Assembly (NCBI GenBank): GCA_003159975.1
Contig: PLPU01000446.1
Span: forward strand, 7,570-71,569
Reading direction: 5' to 3'
Length of the DNA stretch: 64,000 nucleotides
From: Acidobacteriaceae bacterium
Lineage (GTDB): Bacteria > Acidobacteriota > Terriglobia > Terriglobales > Acidobacteriaceae
Below the pieces are notes generated by a model that was not told where the DNA came from, did no database searches, and was given only the letters and a program-made list of their open reading frames with translations. Numbering within the stretch: position 1 is the stretch's first letter; each line of letters opens with the position of its first letter. Of the stretch, positions 51,798 to 61,227 are shown in pieces. Position numbers and translations under genes: made by a program.

Positions 51798-52265
51798 ATG
51801 AATCCGCTTACCAGGATAAGAACGGCAGTGCGTGATCGCCTTTCTCGGCGCCGCAACATTCCCCCGGAAGTTCGCCTGCGGGTTTCCAATCTCACGCGCC
51901 ACACTATTCTTGCTACATGCATGGAGGTGGCCGATAGCGGCGAAAAACGCAACAAAGGCCTGCTGGGGCGCAAGCATCTCGCTCCCGGAGAGGGTCTGTG
52001 GATCATCCCGTGCGAGTCCGTGCACACTTTCTTCATGCGGTTTCCCATCGACCTTGTCTATCTGGACCGCAAGAAGCAAATCAGGAAGCTCAGGAGCGCC
52101 GTGCCCGCCTGGCGGCTCTCTGCCTGCCTGTCCGCGCACTCCATCCTGGAGCTTCCCGCCGGCACCATCCGCAATACTCACACCGAATGCGGCGATGCAC
52201 TTGAGTTCTCGCCTGTCCCGTTGCCGAATGAGGGCTCAGCGGGCATGGAGACTCGAGCCGAATAG
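51798..52265 (+). CDS. DUF192 family protein
   Basis: VADS...R.KGLLGR..L.PGEGLWI.PCESVHTFFMRFPIDLVYLD...SILELPAG. Start uncertain. Confidence 0.85.
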   Translation: MNPLTRIRTAVRDRLSRRRNIPPEVRLRVSNLTRHTILATCMEVADSGEKRNKGLLGRKHLAPGEGLWIIPCESVHTFFMRFPIDLVYLDRKKQIRKLRSAVPAWRLSACLSAHSILELPAGTIRNTHTECGDALEFSPVPLPNEGSAGMETRAE

Positions 52266-52293
52266 ATTGTGAAGACCGATTGATCATCCGGCC

Positions 52294-53619
52294 CTAGCTC
52301 GTCGCTTGGCTCCGCTCTGGCGGTGAATCGGAAGCGAAACTCCGTGACACATAGACCCACAGATAGAAAACTCCCATGATCAAAAGGATCAGTGGGGCAG
52401 AGAAGATCTGCACATTGATCAGTATCTGCCCGCCAAATCCATTCCCCGGCGGAAACAACTTGTTGATGGCGCCGAGAATCGCTAACCACGAAATATCCCC
52501 GATCAAAACGAATGCCGCTGCGTTCAGAAGAAGTGCGAGCCAGCCGGCAATGCCTCGTTCAGCCCACAGCAGGGCGCAGGCGGGAACCGTGAGAAGCAAG
52601 AGCTTGGCGTCATATTGATGATGATAGATAGGCAGCATGGAGAGAGCTGCAATGGACGCGAGCGCCAGCGCCGCCCGTGCCTGCGACGATCGAGTTTTCA
52701 GAGTGACGAATGCCCATACCAGGATGGGCGGTGCACAGATCAGGTAGGTGACTGGATTGTAGATGCCTGGGTCGTTCCAGAAGGCGCTCACCACCGTTTG
52801 CAGATTAATCATCATGCCCAGGCCGTGCCAGCCCGCTGAAGCTTGTCCGGGGTCGGTGAGTCCGCCGCGTTCCGCAAATGCCAGGATATTGGAGTGAAGC
52901 TCCTCGATCCAATGGGGCGATATCACCCATGTCCACAGTAACCCGGGCAGACTCAGGGCGACTGTCACCATGAGGGTTTGCAGTGCGCGTCTCCGGTAGA
53001 TTCCGCCTGCCAATAAGAAGTAAAGCCAGACCAGGCCCGAATCGTGCGGCTTGATTGCCAGGCTGATCGCAAGGCAGAATATGCCGGCCGCCACATATCG
53101 CTCTCGAAGAAAGCACCAGACGGCAACAACGCAAAGACCGATCGCAACGCCGGCCATATTGCCAAGAACAATCAGTAACTCGCAGTTGGCGAGAAAAAAA
53201 CCAATAAGTGCCCCACAGACCACCGGCGACGAGTCAGCCCCGAGATCCCACATGAGAAAAGCGGCAAGAATCAGTCCGCCCGCGATGAGTCCCATCCACA
53301 ACGTGTGTGCCAGACCCCATGGCAGCATCGCGAAGGGAACCGTGAGAAAGAATGCGGTCGGCAAATACAGATAACGTGCGAAGTGGTTAGCGTGAGTTAC
53401 ATCTCCCGGTCGCGTTCCCCCCTCTGCGCCAGCTACCTGAAGGACCGCGCTTTCGTTATACGGATCGCAATGTTGAATGAGGCACCGCGCGGGATAGTAG
53501 ACGACTCTGAAATCGACCATTGCGACGGAGGAGCCATTCGATAGCACAGAGCCCAGCAATACAAGCACCAGGCTTCCCAGCAAGAAAAGATACAGACCGT
53601 CAAGCCTGGCCTTTTTCAT
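52294..53619 (-). CDS. GT87/DUF2029-like GT-C glycosyltransferase (1)
   Basis: Polytopic. DFRVVYY...DPY...YLYLP..F...P..MLP, LGN, IKPH. Start ATG 53619 has GGAGG and overlaps the upstream gene's end. Confidence 0.8.
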   Translation of the reverse strand: MKKARLDGLYLFLLGSLVLVLLGSVLSNGSSVAMVDFRVVYYPARCLIQHCDPYNESAVLQVAGAEGGTRPGDVTHANHFARYLYLPTAFFLTVPFAMLPWGLAHTLWMGLIAGGLILAAFLMWDLGADSSPVVCGALIGFFLANCELLIVLGNMAGVAIGLCVVAVWCFLRERYVAAGIFCLAISLAIKPHDSGLVWLYFLLAGGIYRRRALQTLMVTVALSLPGLLWTWVISPHWIEELHSNILAFAERGGLTDPGQASAGWHGLGMMINLQTVVSAFWNDPGIYNPVTYLICAPPILVWAFVTLKTRSSQARAALALASIAALSMLPIYHHQYDAKLLLLTVPACALLWAERGIAGWLALLLNAAAFVLIGDISWLAILGAINKLFPPGNGFGGQILINVQIFSAPLILLIMGVFYLWVYVSRSFASDSPPERSQATS

Positions 53620-54925
53620 CTTTAGCCTCCCTGCGCGATGCATAAACCCACAGATAGAAAGCACTCATGATCAGCAGTATGGTTGGGGCAGGGAACACCA
53701 CGATGGCCGTCAGCACCCACCCTGACAGCCACGGCGTGGTCGGGCGCAGGTGGCTGATCACGCCGAAGACAAGCGCCCAGGGAAGATCTCCGGTAAGCAC
53801 GAATGCCGCGGCATTCACCAGGAGCGCGAGCCGCCCAAGCATGCGGCCTTCAGACCACAGCATGGCGCAAGCGGGAACCGTGAGCAGCAGAAGCTTGGAA
53901 TCGTAAATCCGATGATAGACAGGCAGCATGGAGATCGCTGCGATTGCCGCGAGCGCCAGCCAGGCTCTCTCCGGCGAGAAGCGCGACCGCAGCGTGACCA
54001 CAATCCAAACCAGGATCGGCGCTCCGCCGATCAGGTAAGACACTGGGTTGTAGAAGCTCGCATCGTCTCTGAAAAGGCTGACGACCGTTTGCAGGCTGAT
54101 CACCATGCCAAGGGTATGAGCGCCCATCGATGAGGGTCCAGGGTCGTTCAAATCGCCGCGCGCCGAGGTTGCAGCCAGATTGGAGTGCAGTTCCTGCATC
54201 CAATGCGGCGCTACCTGCGACACCCACAGAACGGCCAGCAGGCTCAGGACCGCGGCGAGTCCGAGAGATTTGAGCGCACTCTTTCGGTATGCGCCTCCAG
54301 CCAGCAGGAAATAAAGCCAGACGAGTCCCCCGTCATGAGGCTTGAAGGCCAGGCTGATTGCGAGGCACACCACGCCGACCGCAACAAAACGATTCTTGAT
54401 GAAGCACCAGACGGCAATCAGGCAAAGGCTGATCACAATTCCCGCCGCGTTGCCGATAATCACCAGCACTTCGCTGTTGGCCAGAACAAACGCGATCAAG
54501 ACGCCTGCGACCGCCGGCGCATAGTCGGCCCCGAGGTCCCACATCAGGAACGAGGCAAACATCAGGCTTCCAGCCATGAGGATCATCCACACCACATAGG
54601 CGTGGCCCCACGACAGAATGGCAAGGGGAGCAACAAGGAAAAGCGCTGTCGGCAGATTGATACAGACGACGATTGCCCTGCGCGCCGATCGGGCAAGGAT
54701 CGGGTCCGATGGGAATTGCCCTCCGTCGGCCTCATACATGCGGAGGATTTCTCCATCCTGGTAAGGATTGCTATGTTGAAGAACGCAGCGCGCCCCGTAA
54801 TAGATTGCCTTGAAATCCGACATCGGCGCCGGGTTACCCCTCTCAAGAATGGCGCCAAGCATGAGAAAAATCATGCCTCCCAAAAGCAGCAGATAAAGAC
54901 CGTCGAGCCGCGCTTTTGTCATCAC
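53600..54925 (-). CDS. GT87/DUF2029-like GT-C glycosyltransferase (2)
   Basis: DFKAIYY...NPY...NLP...P.A.L, IGN, FKPH, YDSKLLLL. Close paralog of (1). Confidence 0.8.
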   Translation of the reverse strand: MMTKARLDGLYLLLLGGMIFLMLGAILERGNPAPMSDFKAIYYGARCVLQHSNPYQDGEILRMYEADGGQFPSDPILARSARRAIVVCINLPTALFLVAPLAILSWGHAYVVWMILMAGSLMFASFLMWDLGADYAPAVAGVLIAFVLANSEVLVIIGNAAGIVISLCLIAVWCFIKNRFVAVGVVCLAISLAFKPHDGGLVWLYFLLAGGAYRKSALKSLGLAAVLSLLAVLWVSQVAPHWMQELHSNLAATSARGDLNDPGPSSMGAHTLGMVISLQTVVSLFRDDASFYNPVSYLIGGAPILVWIVVTLRSRFSPERAWLALAAIAAISMLPVYHRIYDSKLLLLTVPACAMLWSEGRMLGRLALLVNAAAFVLTGDLPWALVFGVISHLRPTTPWLSGWVLTAIVVFPAPTILLIMSAFYLWVYASRREAKDEKGQA

Positions 54926-55122
54926 GATCCTCTCTGCTTTCTTCCGATGCCGCTGCGGCTGTTCAATCGGCCGCCGGCTCGCACGCGAGAAGGCTGCTCC
55001 GGTCGTTTGGCCCGTATAGAATCCAACCGGATAAGCGAGCTGATTCCGCTGCGGGAGTTATGCATTTCTAACACTCTAGACGAAGGTCGCGGGATGGTCC
55101 AATGCGGGCAGGCGGCCGGCTG

Positions 55123-56346
55123 CTATGGAAGCACCGGGGCAGTAACTGCCGCGTGCTTTTCAGGCTCCTCCGCGCTTGTTTTCTTGAATCCGATTGCGAG
55201 CAGATACCACGCCAGCCAGGCTGCCGCGGTCCAAAGAAACTGGGCCGAGTGTATCTTGACGCCGCAGATCAATTCAGCCTCCACCACGATACTGGAAAGC
55301 GCGAGAATCACCAGCAGCGTGCGGGACCGTGTACGATATGCGCCATCGAGCAAGCCGGGTATGACCAGCCCCTGGTCGTAAAGAAAACAATACGGCGCCG
55401 CGAAGATCGAAACCACCATCAGCATCCCGCCCTCATTCAACCAGTCCCAGCGGTGGCGGCGGCGCCAGTAATAGATCAGCGCCCACGAGCAGGCCAAAGC
55501 CGGCGCCACGTACTGAATCCACATCGTCTTCTCGCTGATCCAGAACCGCAGCACAATACTGAGGCAGGGAATGAATTCCGCCTCGACTCCCACCGTGCGG
55601 ATCATATGCATGTATTGGCTGAATGCCATTGGGTCAATGCAATAGACGAGCGCGCAACTCGCGGCCATGGCAACGACGGTACCTGCCAGCAGCTTGTAGC
55701 TCCTGGTCACAACGATCCACGCCAGCAGGACAACGCCGAAGGGCAGAAACAGGTGAGGCTTCAGCATGCACAGCCAAAGCGAGGCGCCGGCCAGAAAGGG
55801 ACGCGCGCGATGCAGTCGCAGAAACAGCACGAACCCCAGGAGGGGAAAAAGGGAAGTCTGGCCCATCATCAGGCACAGAAGCGCCGGTCCGAACGAAAGC
55901 CCAAGCCAGTGCAACTGGTTTGCGGGCCGTCCATGCATAATCCAGAGCAAATGCACCGAGTACAGCAGGCAGCCGAGCAGAACGAGGGACCAAAGCAGCG
56001 TCGCCAGGCGCAGCGGCAGGAACCCCAACGGCATGGCGAGTGGCAGGCTCCACGGCGGGTTGCGCATGAAGCCCACTGTGTATGCATCGGGAAGCCCCGC
56101 GCCATGCTCGATCCGCGTCATGGCCTCTGCGTCAAAGGGATTGGCGTGATGAACAAGCTGCTGGCCGGTCGCCCAATACACAACAAAATCGCGCGCCCCT
56201 GAAATGTGGTTTGTCAGCGGCGCAGCGCAAATAAATATCGAGACCAACGCAAGCGCCAGCCCGCTTACCAGGGCGATCGCCATTTCAACAATATCGGGGT
56301 TTGCCTTCGCTGCGGGAATCCCCGCTCCGCTTGCCATGAACGACAT
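55123..56346 (-). CDS. GT87/DUF2029-like GT-C glycosyltransferase (3)
   Basis: DFVVYW.TG...NPF...RNPPW...PLGFLP, MGQ, LKPHL, PY..LYD. Start uncertain. Confidence 0.8.
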   Translation of the reverse strand: MSFMASGAGIPAAKANPDIVEMAIALVSGLALALVSIFICAAPLTNHISGARDFVVYWATGQQLVHHANPFDAEAMTRIEHGAGLPDAYTVGFMRNPPWSLPLAMPLGFLPLRLATLLWSLVLLGCLLYSVHLLWIMHGRPANQLHWLGLSFGPALLCLMMGQTSLFPLLGFVLFLRLHRARPFLAGASLWLCMLKPHLFLPFGVVLLAWIVVTRSYKLLAGTVVAMAASCALVYCIDPMAFSQYMHMIRTVGVEAEFIPCLSIVLRFWISEKTMWIQYVAPALACSWALIYYWRRRHRWDWLNEGGMLMVVSIFAAPYCFLYDQGLVIPGLLDGAYRTRSRTLLVILALSSIVVEAELICGVKIHSAQFLWTAAAWLAWYLLAIGFKKTSAEEPEKHAAVTAPVLP

Positions 56347-56421
56347 TCTACCCTGCTGTATGGACACTGGTGCGTTTCTTCTCCATGCTCAAGCGCGGCG
56401 CGGAGTTCGCTCCGCTACCTG

Positions 56422-57753
56422 TCACCGAGCCTCCAACATCGCTGGTGCTCGGTTCATTCGATACAGAAGATAGAGCTGCGCAAATCCAAGAACCGCCAGC
56501 GCGAGCGACAGCAATTGAATTCCATGCTTCATCGCGATCGGAAGAGTCACCCACGATGCCGCAAAAATCAAGAAGGACATGAACGCTGTCCAGCGCGTGC
56601 CAGCGCTCCAATGCATTTCCTTCACCGCGCCGAGAGTCAGTACCACGGCGACCGCAACCAGGATGGAGTCATACATCGGGACATAGACATTCAAGAGCAG
56701 GGTCCAGGTAAGTGTTGCAGCCCAGGCCAGAGTTTGTTGGGGTCCGCCGCCTCTGGCAGACTTCCACAGCAGCACGGCAAGCCCTCCCGCAATGATCGTG
56801 ACTACGGCGATCATCAAGGCCACACCCAACCCGGACCGGCCGCCGTCAACCGCCTGCAGGCATGAGCCGATGTCGATGAACTTCCAGAGTTGAACAGTCC
56901 TTTGGCCCTCAAGGCCGGCCACTCGGCCGAACAAGGCGAGGAACCGCGAGTAGACTTGCCAGATCTGGATTCCACCGAAACCCGTTGACACCAATGCGAG
57001 GGCGGCGATGCCGGTCATGAACCCGGCCAGCGTGCGAAATCTGCGCGTCAGCAGCAGCATGGGAACAAACAGCAGCAGCAGTGTCGGCTTATACGCCAGC
57101 ATTGAGAGCGCCAAACCGCTCAGCATCAGTCTGGAATGCCTCTCCAGATAAATGGCAATCCCCACCGAACAAACTGCGATGGCGCTCAGTTGACCATTCA
57201 CGAAGATGCCCCAGAAAAACGGATAGAACGCCAAAGACAGGCAGAGGATCAACGAGACTTTAATCCTATCTCCGGACCAGGCGCCTCTCGCAGCGGCGGT
57301 AATCCCCACCATGTAGAGAATCAACGAGCAGGCAGTCCAAAGGAAGAAAGCCACGCGAAATGAAACCCGCGCAAAGAGACTGAAGAACAGGCCCACGAAT
57401 GGCGGATATGGGCTGGGCCCGTAAACATAGCTGGGAGCGGAGTAAATCGCGTTGAATGTCTTTTGTTGCAGGCCGTAATCGTAGAGACTTGCGGCTGGAT
57501 AGTCCTTCACAATATGACCGATTCCATAGAAATAGACGAAGTCATTCGGCTGCAGGGGGATTGAAATTATTCCGGCTTTGAACTGAATCCAGACTGGAAT
57601 GCAAAATCGCGTAAGGAATATGGCTCCTGCCAAAACCCAGCAGGCCAGGTTGATCTCCTTCAGCCCAGGCATCGGACCGAGGATTTTGCCGAACCATACC
57701 GAAAATGACTTACTCCCGCGTCCCGCCTCAGCCGGTCGATTCCCGCTGTCCAT
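56422..57753 (-). CDS. GT87/DUF2029-like GT-C glycosyltransferase (4)
   Basis: NDFVYFY...LYD...PYPPF, NGQ, YKP, YD. ATG 57753 has a GAGGAG RBS. Confidence 0.8.
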   Translation of the reverse strand: MDSGNRPAEAGRGSKSFSVWFGKILGPMPGLKEINLACWVLAGAIFLTRFCIPVWIQFKAGIISIPLQPNDFVYFYGIGHIVKDYPAASLYDYGLQQKTFNAIYSAPSYVYGPSPYPPFVGLFFSLFARVSFRVAFFLWTACSLILYMVGITAAARGAWSGDRIKVSLILCLSLAFYPFFWGIFVNGQLSAIAVCSVGIAIYLERHSRLMLSGLALSMLAYKPTLLLLFVPMLLLTRRFRTLAGFMTGIAALALVSTGFGGIQIWQVYSRFLALFGRVAGLEGQRTVQLWKFIDIGSCLQAVDGGRSGLGVALMIAVVTIIAGGLAVLLWKSARGGGPQQTLAWAATLTWTLLLNVYVPMYDSILVAVAVVLTLGAVKEMHWSAGTRWTAFMSFLIFAASWVTLPIAMKHGIQLLSLALAVLGFAQLYLLYRMNRAPAMLEAR

Positions 57754-58166
57754 GCCATCTCCTCGATCGCGGCCATCCGCTGATCGGGCTCCCGATTCAA
57801 TATGCTGAGTTGAAGGAAACTTGTCTAGGTACACAATACATGAACAACTGACTGCGTCAAGATTTGCCGCATGGAACCATTGAAAATAAACCTCAAGTTG
57901 CTTGCAGCCTTCAACTCCACTTATACGTCAAAGCAAATGGACTTACTAACTGCCAAATCAACCGGTGTCGATCCGAACCGGCTGCAGAGATTCCGCTATC
58001 CCGCCATCCCACTTTTGCGCCACGGTAATACACTTTTCGGTCATGTATACGAGCCCGGTCTTCCCACCGCATGCTGTATACAAATGTTTACACCCCACTC
58101 GGCCGCACTTTATTGTTGATTCCGCCAAGTTATTGAGTTATAAGAAGAAATGTCCAGCTTCCAGAT

Positions 58167-58182
58167 TGGCACACCACTTGCT
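58167..58182 (+). promoter_or_regulatory. Sigma54 -24/-12 promoter of flp
   Basis: TGGCACACCACTTGCT, 55 nt upstream of the flp ATG. Confidence 0.8.
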
Positions 58183-58236
58183 GTATTGAGGGTGTTCCGG
58201 TCTATAGCCGGAAAAAATCAACCTAGGGAGATTCAA

Positions 58237-58431
58237 ATGAACAATCTGCTTCTGAAGATGTATGTTAAGTTCCAGGACCTGGCGAGCCGTGAAGAAGGTC
58301 AGGATCTCGTGGAATATGCGTTGGTCGTTGCTCTCATCGCTTTCGGCGCAGTTGCCGGCATGAACGCTCTGGCCAAGGGCCTCAACACCGCCTTCAACAC
58401 CATCAGCACCACGCTGTCCACCTCGGTCTAG
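58237..58431 (+). CDS. flp: Flp major pilin 1
   Basis: MNNLL...REEG/QDLVEYALVVALIA Flp motif. AGGGAG RBS. Start is ATG 58237. Confidence 0.92.
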   Translation: MNNLLLKMYVKFQDLASREEGQDLVEYALVVALIAFGAVAGMNALAKGLNTAFNTISTTLSTSV

Positions 58432-58433
58432 TC

Positions 58434-58453
58434 CTTGCCGGGTGACCGGCAAG
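58434..58453 (+). terminator. Stem-loop after flp1 (mRNA-stabilising or attenuating)
   Basis: CTTGCCGG-GTGA-CCGGCAAG with no U-tract. Confidence 0.5.
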
Positions 58454-58570
58454 CGAACTATGTCCCCTAACTTCGCGCCTTGTGGGAGAGCTCGACGTCC
58501 ACCCCAGCATCGGGACGTACTCTCCCCAGCAAGGGTCGACTCCCAGCAATAGATTTGTTGAGGCAGCCCG

Positions 58571-58768
58571 ATGCGGCCTGAATACCTGAAACTTCTCCTT
58601 TGCCTGCGCCGCCTGATTACACTCGACCACGGGCAAGATCTGGTCGAATACGCACTGGTTGTCGCTTTGATCGCATTCGCTGCGACCGCCAGCATGAAAG
58701 CCTTAGCCACCGGTATTAGCACCGCGTTCGACACGTTGAGCGTCGAGCTTCATAACAACGCGATCTAA
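58571..58768 (+). CDS. flp: Flp pilin 2
   Basis: DHG/QDLVEYALVVALIAF Flp motif. GAGG RBS. Confidence 0.88.
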   Translation: MRPEYLKLLLCLRRLITLDHGQDLVEYALVVALIAFAATASMKALATGISTAFDTLSVELHNNAI

Positions 58769-58957
58769 ACCCTGGCAAGGCAGGCCTTCGTTGTCAAACT
58801 CTTCACCATCGTTTCTCGCGGGAGAGCTATGCTGGGCAAGCCAATTGCCGACGCAAGCTCTCCCCTTCCTTTAGACCCGCATATAATTGCCGTCCATGTT
58901 TTCCCCTCGGCACTGGCTTGTGTTCCGGGAAATCAAGGTTTGAGAGTGAAGCAGAGC

Positions 58958-60337
58958 ATGACAACCCCTCGCAGGACTAGTCTGGCTCTGTTCCTCTTTT
59001 GTTGCGGGATATCTATTTGGTGGGGTTTGGCGCTCTCTACGCGCGCCGCTGACGGGTCGTCCGGCTTTCAAGCCGTCTATTACGGGACGCGATGCCTCCT
59101 GCAAAGTCAGAACCCATACAAGCAAACCGAATTGGAGAAGGTTTACCGCGCGGAAGGCGGGGCGTATTCATCCCAGTCACACGCTGTCCACGAGTCGGTG
59201 ACCTTGTATGTCAATCTGCCCACCACATTTATCTTCCTGCTCCCTTTCGCGCTTTTGCCCTATGGCGCCGCGCATGCGCTTTGGATGATTCTGCTCGCCG
59301 CGCTCTTTACCCTCGCCGCTTTTCTGGCTTGGAATCTTGGAGCTGGCTATGCGCCACGCGTTTCCCTCTTTCTCGTTTGTATCCTGGTTGCCAACGCGGA
59401 AATCATCTTCAGCAGCGGCAATACCGCGGGCATTGTTGTGAGCCTCTGCGTGGTAGCCGCGTGGTGCCTCCTCAAGAACAGGTTTGTGCCGGCGGGCATT
59501 CTTTGCCTGGGAATCGGCCTCGCCATCAAGCCCCATGACGTGGGCCTCGTTTGGCTCTATTTCCTTCTCGCGGGTGAAATGCTTCGCAAGCGTGCTCTTC
59601 AATCCCTTCTGATTCCCGTTTTTTTCGGCCTGGCAGCCTTTCTGTGGGTCTCTCATGTCGCGCCGCATTGGATTGAGGACTGGCGTTCCAATCTCTCTGC
59701 CATTTCGGCGCCGGGCGGCATCAATCAACCCGGCCCTCATTCCCTGACCAGCCGATCTCCCGACATGATCGTCGATCTCCAGGCAGCTGTGAGCGTCTTC
59801 AAAGACGATCCGCGCCTCTACAATCCGGTCAGCTATCTGGTCTGTGGAGCGCTCCTTCTCCTGTGGGCCGTTCGCTCGTTCAGAGCGCGCTTCTCGCACC
59901 AGGGAGCACTGCTCGCGTTGGCGGCTGTCATTCCTCTTACCATTCTTGTCACCTATCATCGTGCATACGACGCGAAACTTCTCCTTCTCACCATCCCCGC
60001 CTGTGCAATGTTGTGGAGCGCGGGTGGCCGGATCGCGCGTATTGCGCTCCTGGTGACGACCGCGGCGATTCTATTGACTGCGGATATTCCATTGGCGATT
60101 CTGGTCGTGCTCGCTGCTAAACTGCATGTGGGAACAGACGGTGTCTTCGGAAAGATTCTGACTGTGTCAATCTTGCGGCCCGCCCCGATCGCATTGTTTG
60201 CAATGGCTATCTTCTATCTGTGGGCGTATCTGCGGTTTCCCGGGCCGGACACGCTGAGATGTTATCGAGAACCCGATGCCATGGTTGAAACAGCCGGACC
60301 GGCAACGAGCAATTCCTTACCGCTGCGCCCAGCCTGA
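58958..60337 (+). CDS. GT87/DUF2029-like GT-C glycosyltransferase (5)
   Basis: GFQAVYYG.RC...NPY...YVNLP, SGN, IKPHD, YDAKLLLL. Paralog of (1) and (2). Start uncertain. Confidence 0.78.
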   Translation: MTTPRRTSLALFLFCCGISIWWGLALSTRAADGSSGFQAVYYGTRCLLQSQNPYKQTELEKVYRAEGGAYSSQSHAVHESVTLYVNLPTTFIFLLPFALLPYGAAHALWMILLAALFTLAAFLAWNLGAGYAPRVSLFLVCILVANAEIIFSSGNTAGIVVSLCVVAAWCLLKNRFVPAGILCLGIGLAIKPHDVGLVWLYFLLAGEMLRKRALQSLLIPVFFGLAAFLWVSHVAPHWIEDWRSNLSAISAPGGINQPGPHSLTSRSPDMIVDLQAAVSVFKDDPRLYNPVSYLVCGALLLLWAVRSFRARFSHQGALLALAAVIPLTILVTYHRAYDAKLLLLTIPACAMLWSAGGRIARIALLVTTAAILLTADIPLAILVVLAAKLHVGTDGVFGKILTVSILRPAPIALFAMAIFYLWAYLRFPGPDTLRCYREPDAMVETAGPATSNSLPLRPA

Positions 60338-60411
60338 ACCTTCACCCTCCGCCTCGCAGTGATTGATCTGCAAGCCAGCTATCGAACCAAACGCACTCGG
60401 AAGGCGTGTTC

Positions 60412-61200
60412 ATGATTAACGGAAAACGAATTGCGGTTGTGATGCCCGCCTACAACGCCGAAAAGACTCTGGAAATGACCGTTCAGGAGTTGTCCGACGT
60501 CGTCGACATCAAAATCCTCGTCGACGATTCGAGCAAGGATCAGACCGCGACCCTCTCAAGAAAGCTTGGCGTATTGACCTTTGTCCACGACGCCAATTAC
60601 GGTTATGGGCGCAATCAGCAGACCTGCTATCGCGAGGCCCTGGCCGCCGGTGCCGACATCGTCGTGATGGTGCATCCTGACTACCAATACACGCCATTGC
60701 TGGTTCCGGCTATGGCCGGCATGGTGGCCAGCGGCGTTTATGACATGGTCCTCGGCTCCCGCATTCTCGGAAGAGGCGCGCTCAGAGGCGGCATGCCCCT
60801 CTATAAGTACATCGCCAACCGCTTCCTCACCGCATTTCAGAACCTGTTTCTGGGAGTGAAGCTGTCGGAGTATCACACCGGGTTTCGCGCCTTCTCGCGC
60901 GAGTTGCTCAAGACTCTCCCCCTGCTCGAAAACTCCGACGATTTTGTCTTCGATAACCAGATGATCGCCCAGGCCGTTATGTTCGGCTTCAACATCGGAG
61001 AGATATCCTGCCCGACGAAATACTTTAAAGAAGCCTCGTCGATCAACTTCAAGCGAAGTGTCGAATACGGTTTAGGAGTGCTGGCCACCACAGGCAGCTT
61101 TGTTGCGCATAAGTGGGGAATCATTCACGTAAGAAGATTCCATGCCAGCGGAAGAAAAGTAACTCAGGAGCCTGACGCCCGAACCGAGCATGGTTCCTGA
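60412..61200 (+). CDS. GT2 glycosyltransferase, DPM1/polyprenol-phosphate sugar synthase-like
   Basis: [44 protein letters not shown]. Confidence 0.85.
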   Translation: MINGKRIAVVMPAYNAEKTLEMTVQELSDVVDIKILVDDSSKDQTATLSRKLGVLTFVHDANYGYGRNQQTCYREALAAGADIVVMVHPDYQYTPLLVPAMAGMVASGVYDMVLGSRILGRGALRGGMPLYKYIANRFLTAFQNLFLGVKLSEYHTGFRAFSRELLKTLPLLENSDDFVFDNQMIAQAVMFGFNIGEISCPTKYFKEASSINFKRSVEYGLGVLATTGSFVAHKWGIIHVRRFHASGRKVTQEPDARTEHGS

Positions 61201-61227
61201 GGAATTCGATTTGCATCAAGCAAGGGC

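Noticed and set aside
54185-56202. 398-aa and 366-aa plus-strand ORFs
   Set aside because: Antisense to the GT87 genes, with composition typical of the reverse of membrane-protein codons.
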